A program made the translations under genes and the position numbers. A stretch of DNA of 64,000 nt, taken from Mobula hypostoma (taxonomy: Eukaryota). Of the stretch, positions 39,001 to 50,212 are shown piece after piece. How positions within the stretch are numbered: position 1 is the first letter of the stretch; each line of letters opens with the position of its first letter. The DNA lies in assembly GCF_963921235.1 (NCBI RefSeq), contig NC_086097.1:48114001-48178000 (forward strand), given 5' to 3'. The notes beneath the pieces were generated by a model. That model did no database searches. It saw nothing but the letters and a program-made list of their open reading frames with translations, and was not told the origin of the DNA.

Positions 39001-39813
39001 TGGTTAGTGGACTGTTGATGTCATACTGAGAGCTTTGACTATGCATGCTACATTCAAGCCTGTCCCTTAATGCATCGGAAAGTCCATCTCTAAAGTCACA
39101 GTACTGGAAAAGTTTGGCAGTTCTGCAATGTATTCAGAAAGGCTTCCATCTTTTGATTGGTTCCTTTTGTAAAATCTAAATCTGTCAGCTATTATCAGTG
39201 GTTTAGGGCTCAAGTGATTTTGTAAAATTGTAACAATTTCATCTAATGTCTTGCTTGTTGGCTTTTCAGGAGTTACTAAATTGTGTAAGAGACTATATAC
39301 TTCAGCCCATTAATCTAAGAAGTGCAGGGGCTTCTCCATGTTGTTCGCATTACCATACAGTTCAACAAATTTCACATCACATGCCAGTGATAATAAACCT
39401 GATTCTGATTCTTGATATACAACTCCCAAATTTTATTAGCATGATCAAATTTGTCAACTTTCCCAACTGAAGCCATCGCCGTGTTACTTTCATTTTTAAT
39501 TCAGCGCAACTTTCACTGTTACTATGCACACGCATTTGCTAGCGTCCCTGATAGTGTGCGTTCTCATGCTGTTTTGTCCTGTAACTGTTGATGCAGTTTG
39601 AGATATTCTCTGATGTTCAGATTCATACTCGTCGCCAATTTGTTGTGTCTGTGCACAACTACGTATTCATTAATATGTAGATGGAGATGGCTTTAACTGG
39701 TATATTCACATTGCAGCAAGAGAGAGAACAATGTGCATGTGCGGACAACCAATCAATACGTAGTGCTAAGGGAAGGGGTCATTGCTCTAAAACAAATAGA
39801 TCCATTTATCACA
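36005..39813 (-). mobile_element. Ty3/Gypsy LTR retrotransposon, near full length, pseudogenised
   Basis: LTRs 36005-36184 and 39641-39813. 5-bp TSD AGGAG. PBS 'tggcgacgag' (- strand, 39628-39637) matches the 3' end of tRNA-Ser(GCT). PPT 'aaagggggaggata'. RT (WATPIVPVIKK, YLDDII), RNase H (NYAQIDREAL) and integrase (NGLAERFIQIFK) fragments lie in Gypsy order. Confidence 0.95.
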
Positions 39814-41489
39814 AGGAGCTTGGAAAGTTCCTAAGTTAAAGCATTAGAGGATGGAGTGAGGTGGTATTTAGGGTAAAGAAGAATCTGAAAGATAGCAAGT
39901 AAATAATGGACTTAATCTGGGCTGCACTGAGAGGAGAAGAATATCCCTGGGTTCCCAAAATGGTCACTTCTGGGTCAACAGTCCAACTTCCTCAAAAAAC
40001 AAGGTGGTGCAGAGTAGGTTGATTCTGGGCAACTTTCCCAGCATTGAGATGGTGGAATGCTTGTTGCTCTGGACTTCTGTAAGGAGAATGAAAACAAAAG
40101 GGTTTTCTCCTGCTCCTGGGTACTCAGTACAGTCAAGCAGAGATCTTCAGAAGCATGGTTGTGGTTGATTCCACCCAGCACATTTTCTGGGTTGGTTTAG
40201 TTACATGGAGATTGCTTATCCTGTTTCCTCGAAATTTTAAAGGATTAAAGGAACTAAAGTGTTGTATCTACATTTTTTTTTAAACAAATCTATCTCCTTG
40301 GTTTTGTGCAGACACTACAAAATGCTGAGTTTAGTTTGTTAGTTTAATAGCATTTTGGACAGATTTGGTTTAAGGAGCAGACTGGGTCTGGCTTTGTTCT
40401 GAGGGACTTTGATGAGTAAACAGCATCATGTTTTCATATAGCTGTGATCTTTGAGTTTCCTAAGGCTTAGGAAACTGGGCATGCTGATAAGAGAAATTGC
40501 ACTCTGGGGTTACATAGTCTTAGCGAACAATTTATTGGTGCCTTAAAGACTTGATGAGAGGCATGGTGAAAATTAGCAATGGTTAATCTTACTTAATTGC
40601 AATTTTATCCATTGTTGGAATGAATTTCTGTTCTTCAAAAGAAAAATGACATTTTAAGTGAACATCTGGTTTAGATTACTCGAAGTTGATATTTTTGAAA
40701 AAATAAAGAATTAGCGTCTGTACAGATTCAGATTAATTTTTGAGCTTTTATCCTGAAACAAAGCATGTATAGAATTGACATTGAAAGTTGTCTGCAAGGG
40801 AAAATTTAAAAATAACAATGCCAACAATAGCCTGGAAATAATTATTGTTGAAAACAGCACGCAGATGCATGAAGTATGCATGTCCGACTTTCCTCTGTGG
40901 CCATTAGATTGCTGACAATATTTATTCATTGTTATCTGTAGCTTTAAAATTTATATTGAAAGACATTCTATTTCTGCTCTGGGAGAGAATGATTAACAAG
41001 TTTAACAGGTTCATTTTTATACCCTAACGGTAGGAGAGAGTTGTGCTTTTGTGTCAGAGTGTATTTGTTAAGGTGTGACTCGAGTAGATTGGATGTTGGC
41101 TGCTGGATTTTCTGGTCTCAGTGGGCATAGGTTCTACTACAATAATTAGATCTATGTCATGCTTCACAAATGCTCAGATGGGCTAAGAACCTGATGCTTT
41201 TTTATTATTTTCAGTAATTTTGCACCTGGTTGTGGGAACTAGCAGCTTTTAAGCATTATCTATTCTCCAGGCATCTTGTGTACAAAACAAAAAGTGTTTC
41301 CTTGTTATTGCATAGAAAGAAGTTGCAGCGTTAGTGGAATTGTTGATGGCAGGAAAGGTGGTGAGGGACTTTTAGCACATTAGTGCAGTAACACTTCAAT
41401 TCTAAATTGTAAAGAGATGGACCTTCTCTTCAGGATGTGACTTCTTTTCCTGCTTTTAACAAATTTTAGCAGATCACTCGAAAATTTTT

Positions 41490-41780
41490 AGTTCAGATTC
41501 AAAATCAGGTTTAATATCACTGACGTATATCGTGAAATTTAATAAGGAGTGCAAAAATGGGTTGGTTCATTGTCCATTCAGAAATCTAATAGCAGAGGGG
41601 AAGAAGCTGTTACTAAATTATTGAGTGTGTGTCTTCAGGCTCCTGTACCACCTCCCTGATGGTAATATATGAAGAGAGCATGTCCTGGGTGACACGGATG
41701 CCATCTTTTTGATGCATCTGCTTTTGAAGATGTCCTCAATATTGGAGAGGCCAGTGCCTATGATGGAGCTGGCCAAATTT
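41490..41780 (-). mobile_element. Rex/Babar-like LINE 3' end
   Basis: Homologous to 692-1060. Confidence 0.7.
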
Positions 41781-42442
41781 GAGTTAAAATGGAATGCTGT
41801 TTGAATTGTGGAATGTCTTTGAACCTGTGCCACATCTTAGTGACTGACCGCTGAAAATTCTGTTAAATAATTTTGTCGGTCTTCCCCTTTCTTTAATTTT
41901 CTGTTCCTTTCTCTTGTTGGAAATATGGTAACTCTTGGAACATTGGAAATGATTTGTTGGTCTTACTCTTTGCTACCCCATGCACCTGGTAATTTATAAC
42001 CTGTGATGCCAGGTTATGCAGTTGACCATAATGTCTTTTTATTTATAGAGAAATTTATCTAGCCTTCCTCTTATTCACATCACTTTAAATCTGACTCCCT
42101 TAGTTCATGAGCCGTTGTTAATGAGTGCATTTCTCTTGTTACTATCTAACCTAATATGATTTCATACACGCCTGTCAAGTCTCCTCTCAGCCTATGTTTG
42201 CATCAACAGCAAATTCAGCGATCATATCTTTGACTTAATTCAGGTAATTTATATAAAAGCTTAAAAGCTTGCGGTCCCAATATCAAACCTGGAGCACGCC
42301 ATTAATTACCCCTTGCCAACCTGGAGACGGCCCACTTCTGCCTACCATCTGTTTCACGTTAGCCAGCCAATTTCCCACACCATGGTTTTTTTAATATTAT
42401 TTTGCAATAACTCCTATCAAATGCCTTCTGGAAGTCTAAATA

Positions 42443-44035
42443 CAGGTTTCCCCCACCATCCGAAGGTAGAGCGTTCCTATGAAGTGGTTTGTAAGCCAGA
42501 ATGTCGTAAAGTGAAGAAGCAATTACCATTTATTTATATGGGAAAAATTTGTGACCGTTCACAGACCCTAAAAATAACCTACCAAATCATGCCAAATAAC
42601 ACATAAAACCTAAAATAACAATAACATACAGTAAAAGCAGGAATGATACGATAAATAGACAGCCTATATAAGGTAGAAATACTTTTCCACAATCATTGCC
42701 GCACTGTTCTCCGTAGCGAAAATCTCATGCAAGTGCTCTCGGCAAAAACACTCTCCAGTCACCTTTAAGCTATGAAGCTGCCAAACCATACCAAATAACA
42801 CGTAAAAATACACAGCCTATATAAAGTAGAAATAATGTATGTACAGTGTAGTATCACTTATGGGAATCAGGAGGACAGCGCCGAGCACACTGATGATGGT
42901 GTGTTAGGCTGAGTTGTCGGAAGTTGGGGTGGTGCAGTGGCCCCCACCCTCCAGGCCGCGGACCGATACAGTGCTGCGAAACATGCAGGGGTACAGCAGT
43001 GGCCGGGACGCACCCAGCACATCTTTAGGAAAAAAGCCGAAATAAACAAGCTAATTAATTAGGTGCCGCCCGGCAAGTAAATGTCGGCCCAGATCAGAGG
43101 TGACGCAATCGGCAGTCGGCTCTGATCTGGGCCGACATTTACGTGCCAGGCAGCACCTAATTAATTAGCTTGTTTATTTCAGCTTTTTTTTTAAAGATGT
43201 GCTGGTGCGTCCCGGCTACCGCTGCATTCTCCGTGGCAATGTATCGGTGTGCGGCCCGGAGGTTGGGGTGGTGGGACACTTGGGTGTCATCTCATCGTCG
43301 TCTGTTTCCATCAGGGAGGCAGGTCATCTTCTTCTATGTCTACCTGGCTTGATGTCGAAGGTCGAGGTTCGTCGTCTGCTGTGGCTGATTGGAAGGCTTG
43401 CTTGACTGCTTAGCCTCGCGCATTTTTCTATCATACAGTTCTTTGCAAGCACTCAAACCATCTTGCAATTATGCCCTAAACTGACATACCCTTTCAAAAT
43501 TAAAGTCGTACTTTATTATTGCAGCAAAAATCTCACGCAGTTGCTTCACGGTCAGTTCCTGGACGACTTCACTTTCGGCCATTCGCTACTGCATTCGATT
43601 TTGATTGTTATCCTTTCCTCTTCCAATCGCATCAGCTCTTCATCTATCAGTTCTTGGTCATAAGATGCCAAAATCTCTTCAACATCATCTTCGTCAACTT
43701 CCACAAGCCAAACTCACTTTGTCCTTACTTCGTTCACCACGATCGAAACGCTTAATTATGTCTAGTTTTACGCTAAGTGTAACACCCTTACGAGCTCTTT
43801 TAGGCTTTTCTGATGCCTTAGAACTCATCTTGCAAACAGATGTTCACAGGCACATGTTTAAGCAATGCCGGCTAGAATGCAGTTCCGAATCCGGGTGAGG
43901 AGCTGCTTTTCCCGCGCACTGCCTTTTTTCGTAATAGTGAAAACACCTTCTGTTAGCGAAAACAGGTAACTAATGTAGGTCTTTTGTAACAGTGAGGTTT
44001 CGTAAAGCGAACGTTCAAAAAGCGGGGGACACCTG
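42443..44035 (-). mobile_element. Tigger/pogo-like DNA transposon, internal deletion derivative
   Basis: Ends 'caggtttcccccac' / 'gcgggggacacctg' flanked by TA. - strand from ATG at 43828 gives MSSKASEKPKRARKGVTLSVKLDIIKRFDRGERSKD (psq-type HTH start), joined out of frame to the acidic C-terminus VDEDDVEEILASYDQELIDEEL. No DDE domain. Inserted in a CR1 fragment. Confidence 0.85.
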
Positions 44036-44239
44036 TATTGCACATTCTGCTAGTCCCCCTTATTCACAGCAGAAATTCATATTTAAAGAATTAATAGAAC
44101 AATCAAACATAACTTTACTTTCAAGAAACTATGACTTTACTGGATTATCATATTTTTTTCAAATTGCCCTTCTATAACTATTAATAAGAGCTTCTAACAT
44201 TTTCCCAGTGATACACAGGTATGTTATGCTAATTGGACT

Positions 44240-45680
44240 AACGCACAAAATGCTGGAGGAACTCAGCAGGCCAGGCAGCATCTATGGAAAGAAGCACAGT
44301 CAACGTTTCAGGCTGAAATCCTTCGGCAGGACTGGAGAGAAAAAAGCTGAGTAGATTTAAAAGGTGGAGGAGAGAGAGAAATATCAAGTGATAGGTAAAA
44401 CCTAGAGGGAGAGGATGAAGTAAAGAGTTGCGAAGTTGATTGGTGAAAGAGACAGAAGACCATGGAAGAAAGAAAAGGGGAGGGAGGAACACCAGAGGGA
44501 GATGATGGGCGGGAAAGCATATAAGGTGAGAGAGGGTAAAGGGGATGGAAAATGGTGAAATGGTGGGGGCATTACCTGAAGCTGGAGAAATTGATGTTCA
44601 TGACATTAGACTGGAGGCTACCCAAACAGAAAATATGGTGTTGTTCCTCCAACCCAAGTGTGGTCTCATCACAACAGTGGAGACCATGGATGGATATATC
44701 GGAATGGGAATGGGAAATGGAATTAAAATGGGTGGCCACTGGGAGATCCTGCTTGTTCTGGCAGATGGAGTGTAGATGCTCAGCGAAATGGTCTCTCAAT
44801 CTACGTTGGATCTCACCGATATACAGGAGCCCACACCGGGAGCACCAAACACAGTATATGACCCCAACAGACTCACAGGTGAAGTGTCGCTTCACCTGGA
44901 AGGACTGTTTAGGGCTCTAAATGGTAGTGAGGGAGAATGTGTAGGGGCAAGTGTAGCACTTGTTCTGCGTGCAAGGATAAGTGCCAGGAGGGAGACCAGT
45001 CAGGAGGGATGAATGGACAAGGAAGCCGCATAGGGATTTTCTGGCAGAGGGAGTGTAGATGCACGATGAAATGGTCTCCAATCTACGTCGGGTCTCACCG
45101 ATATACATTTCTGGCATTCCCAGTAGCTGCCCATTTTAATTACACTTCCCATTCCCATTCCAATATGTCCATCCATGGCCTCCTCCCCTGTCGTGATGAG
45201 GCTACACTTAGGTTGAAGGACAACACCTTGTATTCCATTTGGGTAGCCTCCAACCTGATGGCATGAACATCGACTTCTCAAGCTTTGGGTAATGCCCCCC
45301 AACCCCCACCCCCCCTTCACCATTTCCCATCCCCTTTTCCCTCTCTCATCTTATTTCCTAGCCCACCTATCGCCTCCCTCTGGTGCTCCTCCCCCCTATT
45401 TCTCTCTTCCATGGCCTTCTGTCTCTTTCACCAATCAACTTCCCAGCTCTTTACTTGATCCCCCCCCCACTCCAGGTTTCACCTTTCACCTGGTGTTTCT
45501 CTCCCCTCCCTCCACCTTTTAAATCTACTCCTCAGTTTTTCCCTCCAGTCCTGCCAAAGGGTTTCGCCCTGAAACAACATCTGTACTTTTTTCCATAGTC
45601 ACTGCCTGGCCTGCTGAGTTCCTCCAGCATTTTGTGTGTTGCTCAGATTTCCAGCATCTGCAGATTTTCTCTTGTTTGTG
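44240..45680. mobile_element. Penelope-like insertion with inverted structure (- copy 44240-45100, + copy 45117-45680)
   Basis: 14-bp TSD atgctaattggact / atgctaattagact (44226-44239, 45681-45694). Hammerhead-like motifs near both outer ends (44298-44335 on -, 45547-45585 on +). Confidence 0.9.
44572..44895 (-). pseudogene. GIY-YIG endonuclease domain of a Penelope-like retroelement
   Basis: FTCESVGVIYCVWCSRCGLLYIGEIQRRLRDHFAEH..PVATHFN..LEEQH: VIY/YIG motifs with CxxC and His residues. RT is absent, so this is a fragment. Confidence 0.9.
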
Positions 45681-46610
45681 ATGCTAATTAGACTGTTGCT
45701 TTATGCATTCTGTCTCTCTTTTTTGGATCAGGGAGCTGCTTTTGCTATTTTACATTCAAATGGAATACTCCAAATCTAAGAATTTTTGGACAATTATGAT
45801 CAATGTGCCAACTATCTCACTAGCACCTGCACCTGGGAACTTATCAGTTGCCAGTATCTTATCAGGTTTGCTCAGTCCTGTGTGTAATTTTCCTGTTCCT
45901 CCTCCATCCTGATTCTCAATTTGCAGCTCTACCTGGGATATTGTTTGTACTCTTAAAGGTGAAATTTGAAGCAACATATTTTCCATTTCATGCATTCCAT
46001 TCCTAATTTCACAAATTCACTTTGTACAGACCATAATTCACTGTTAACCCATACCTTTTTAAAATAACTAAAAAACTCTGAGTTTACATTTCTGACCGGT
46101 CTCTTCAGACACTGTGTTTCCCTTCTTCCTTATCTTTTAAGTCTTCTCTTGCTTTGTTTTAAATCCGTCCAGTCATCTCCTCTCCCACCTACATTGTGCA
46201 ATTACACACATTTTCATTACAACCATTAACCAGTAGGTAGTAGATTCAACGTTTAAAGTTTTTGATTCTCATTATATTCTGTACATCTAAAAGATTCCCT
46301 TAATGTCTGCTGCTGTATCTAAACTGAGCCCTTAATCTAATTTTCTTTCCATTTAAGCAGCCAAGTCCAATCTTAGGGCAATTATTTGCCTTGAACAAAT
46401 GCATGTTGGCGCTTCTTTATTAATGTACTCTTCAAGTGCTGGTTAATTGTTTCCCTGGAGAGGTTTCAGATATCCAGTATAGTAGATCAGGCATTCATCA
46501 TATAAAGAACCATAACTACAGACTTATACACTGCCATTCTGGCAGATCGTTACTTCTCCAGAAGCTTTGTGACTGACTATCAAATCTACCCATACTATCT
46601 TTTGCCCTTA

Positions 46611-47107
46611 AGTCAGATACTTAGAAATAGTGACTGCAACATTTCAACCCAGCCATCTTCTTCAGGCAGAAGTTAGTCAAATGACAAGTCCCACTAGAGC
46701 CACCTCCTTATATATCCTCTTGTGTGAGCAGGACATGGGCAGGGCTTAATTCGGGAATAGGAAATTCAGATCCAGTCAATCAGGATTGAGCCCCACCCAT
46801 GCCCTGCTCACTCGAGAGGATATAGAAACATAGAAAGCCTACAGCACAATACAGGCCCTTCAACCCACAAAGCTGTGCCAAACATGTCCTCACCTTAGAA
46901 ATTACCTAGGGTTACCCACAGCCCTCTATTTTTCTAAGATCCATGTACCTGTCCAGGATTCTCTTAAAAGATGCTATCGTATCCGCCTCCATCACCATTG
47001 GATATATAAGGAAGTGTCTGTAGGGGTACTTGTCTTTTGACAAAGTTGTGCATGAAGAAGATGGTTTGGTGTACCATTGAAACATTGCAATCAGTAAGTA
47101 TTTGACT
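46611..47107. mobile_element. Palindromic element with hammerhead-like motifs in both arms (probable second Penelope-derived family)
   Basis: Reverse complement of the left arm 'ggatatataaggaggtgg...acttgtcatttgac...ctgaagaagatgg...gaaatgttgc...taagtatctgact' aligns with the right arm 'ggatatataaggaagtgt...acttgtcttttgac...atgaagaagatgg...gaaacattgc...taagtatttgact'. Confidence 0.65.
46825..46999 (-). mobile_element. Short CR1 3'-end insertion
   Basis: 'gaaacatagaaagcctacagcacaatacaggccc'. 7-bp TSD GGATATA (46818-46824, 47000-47006). Confidence 0.8.
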
Positions 47108-47110
47108 ATT

Positions 47111-47776
47111 CATCATGGCTTGGCTTCACGAGCAAAGATTTAGGAAGGGGGCTGCCCACGTCTTCTGCAGGCTCACTGGTGGCTGATGAGGACAATACGG
47201 GACAGGCAGGCCCGGCCACAGTGGCTGCTTCAGGGAGGATGGTCGTAGACATGGACGTGCCCTCGGCCTGCGCAATGGTATTTTAAGTGGAGTGCAGTGT
47301 ACGTGGTACTGGCCCCACCCTTTACACCCGGGGTTCATCTGCCATAGCCTAGCAAGTTGGGATGGTGACAGCGAGGTCCTCGGGTCGTAGGATTTACGTT
47401 GGAGTGTCCTTCTCCTAGTAGGTGGATGGCCTGACAAGGCTAACGAGCCCCACCTGCCTGGGTTTGGATTCAGAGTTGTCCTTCTCTTAGGCTGGCTGCC
47501 AACCAAGGCTAACAAGCCCAGCCTACTCACCCAGTTATACCGCCAGACACTCGGTCACGCCATGACGTAGCAAGCTCAGTGGAAAAGGGGGGCACCCGCG
47601 AGAAGGTGTGGCTACAGACGCAGTAATGTAGGAGAGGCCATTGGCAGTGGTATCCTGCCTAGCAGACCAGACAGTGACCACGTGGCGATCACTACACCGG
47701 GAAAGGAGAGGTGATGTATTGTGCGTTCACTTTCCCTGGGTGAGTAGGACGTCAGGCCCAGACCTCACCCGCACCC
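47111..47776 (-). mobile_element. Non-autonomous bipartite RTE-derived retroposon (5' UTR joined to 3' end)
   Basis: Perfect 11-bp TSD ATTTGACTATT (47100-47110, 47777-47787). RTE 5'UTR-like motif 'gagaaggacaactctgaatccaaacc'. RTE-like 3' end 'aaatctttgctcgtgaagccaagccatgatg'. Confidence 0.8.
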
Positions 47777-48034
47777 ATTTGACTATTAAGGATAATATAG
47801 ATAGATATCATTACTTCACCAATCCATTACATTACTCCTTGGAAGAGCATTCTTGAGGTCTATTGCTATGTTGTTTGCTATTTATGTATCAGCAACTGGC
47901 TCTTACTTAATGGTAAAAACACAAGATGCTGAAAATACTGAAGATGTGAGGCAGCATTTGTATAAGGAAGAATAGCAACATCAGACCTGATATGTTAACC
48001 CCGTTAACATCTTTCCACAGAGGTTTGTTTATTT

Positions 48035-48972
48035 AGATTCAAAGATTCAAGGTTTAATGTATATTTATTATCAATGTATTCAGTAACTCAATGTATGACC
48101 AACTCACAAAAGTCATTAGAAGAGTCCAGGCATATTCATTTCAGGTCAGTTCTCAGTTTAATCTAGCACTGCATCGTTCGTTACCTGCAGGCCATCACAA
48201 TCAAAATTACAGAAAATAATATCAAAAAAAAACGAGTGACCGGAAACCAGAAACAAATCGTAACATGAACTACATAGTCCAATCCACAAACCGCAATGAC
48301 TAAACCTTGTCCAAGATCCAGGACTTCGGCACCATCCTCTGACAACATCAAGGCAGAGAGAGAGAGACCATTTGCATGCAGGGATCATCCTCCCAGAGCA
48401 GCCAGCGAGAGAGGGAGGGAGAGACTGTCACATGTAGACAGCTTCCTCTAGGAGCAGACAGCGAGAGGCTGGTAGATCACGTTGAACACCTGTTCACCTT
48501 CCGCTCTTGTCTTGATGATTTCAATCTTCCTCGATGCTTTAATTAGCAAGATTGGCAAGAAATGGAGTCAATCATGGGCTCAGGCCCCGTCTCCAGGCTT
48601 ATTGGCCTTGAGGCCGCACACTTTGCTCAAAACCCTCACTGAACACGCCCAGAGACAAGAAAGCACCAGATTGCTCAGTCACCCTAAAGACACACCACCA
48701 AAACGTGGATCACAGGTTCCAACAGTAGCAAAGGTACATTTGAAAGAAAAAGAAGAGATAAAAGAGGTGTTTTCATGAACTGTCTGAAGGGTAAACACGA
48801 GGAATTCTGCAGATGCTGGAAATTCAAGCAACACACATCAAAGTTGCTGGTGAACGCAGCAGGCCAGGCAGCATCTCTAGGAAGAGGTACAGTCAACATT
48901 TCAGGCCGAGAAACTTCGTCAGGACTGAAGGGTGTTGCCTTTGGTTGCATTGTTCACTGGTGCCATCTTCAC
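48035..48972 (-). mobile_element. Non-coding retroposon with AAGATGGC head and (TTGAATCT)-type LINE tail
   Basis: 'gccatctt' at 48962-48969 and tail 'agattcaaagattcaagg' at about 48035. Hosts the insertion at 48793-48924. Confidence 0.55.
48793..48924 (-). mobile_element. 132-bp Penelope-derived insert consisting of a hammerhead plus downstream tail
   Basis: Perfect 9-bp TSD CTGAAGGGT (48784-48792, 48925-48933). - strand 'agtc ctgacga agtttctcggcct gaaa tgtt gact'. Confidence 0.85.
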
Positions 48973-48984
48973 GGCTCCTAAGTA

Positions 48985-49235
48985 AATAAATAAATGAACA
49001 AATATTACAGCGCAGAATAGGCCCTTCCCAGCAATCCCTGATTTAATCCTAACCTAATCACAGGACAATTTAAATGACGAATTACCCTGCTAACCATTAC
49101 ACCTTTAGACTCTGGGAGGAAACCCACATGATCACGGGGAGAATGTACAAACTCTTTAGGGCCAGTGGTGGGATTTGAACCTGGGTCACCGGGTGTGCTA
49201 ACCATTGTGCTACAGTGCTGCCTATGTTGCATAAC
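48985..49235 (-). mobile_element. V-SINE (HE1-like)
   Basis: Reverse-complement homolog of 1423-1710; B-box-like 'ggttcaaatcc' on - strand. Confidence 0.7.
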
Positions 49236-49359
49236 CTACCAGGTGTCATTTGCCTTTTCTGTTCCGTTTTGCAGATTTACAGCATCTACAGTTTTTGGCT
49301 TTCATTTGCTGTTCTTTGTCAACAGATTACCTCAGACTAACAGTGAGGTTGTGTAAAGG

Positions 49360-49608
49360 TTGTCGGGCATGTGGCCAAGTGGTTAAGGCATTCGTCTAGT
49401 GATCTGAAGGTTGCTAGTTCGAGCCTTAGCTGTGGGAGCGTGTTTGTGTCCTTGAGCAAGGCACTTAACCACACATTGCTCTAGTGTCTATGCGAGGAGT
49501 GGCGCCCCACACAGACTTCCAATCTGCACCTTGTAAGGCATGAAAATGCCCGACGCAGGCCTCTCATGGTCTGAGTCGACGTTCTCTCCCCTCCACCCCC
49601 ACCCCCCA
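49360..49608 (+). mobile_element. tRNA-derived SINE with CORE-like segment, second copy
   Basis: Colinear with 23322-23547. 8-bp TSD TGTAAAGG (49352-49359, 49609-49616). C-rich tail. Confidence 0.88.
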
Positions 49609-49665
49609 TGTAAAGGAAGTCCATTCAATGCAATGTTTTGCTGCAAAAGTTACATTTAAGGTTTT

Positions 49666-50212
49666 CAGAATCAGAACCAGTTTTACTATCACTGACTTAC
49701 ATTGCATGAAATTTGGTGTCTTGTGGCAGCAGTATAGTGCCAAGGCATAAAATTTACTCTAAATCAGAAAATAAATAAATAAAAAGAGGCATGGTTTATG
49801 AGTTCATAGAACATTCAGAAATCTGATAGTAGAGGGGAAAAAGCCATTCCTTAATTGTTGAGTGTGGATCTTCAGGCTCCTGTCCCTCCTCTTTGATGGT
49901 AGTAACATGAAGAGGGCATGTCCTGGATGATGTGGGTCTTGAATGATGGATGTTACCTTCTGTAGATGTCCTCGATGGCAGAGAGGGCTGTCCCCATGAT
50001 GGAACTGGCTGAGTCAGCAATTCTCTGCAGCGTTTTGTGAACATCTCCATTGGCTCTATACCAGACAGTGATGAAACCAGTCAGAAAGCTCTTCACCAGA
50101 CATCTGTAGAAGTTTATGAGATATACCAAATCTCATCAATTTCCTAATAAAGCGGAGCTGCTGTCATGCCTTCATCACAATTGCATCAACATGTTGGGTC
50201 CAGGGTAGATCT
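49666..50212 (-). mobile_element. Rex/Babar-like LINE 3' end
   Basis: Homologous to 692-1280. Confidence 0.7.
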
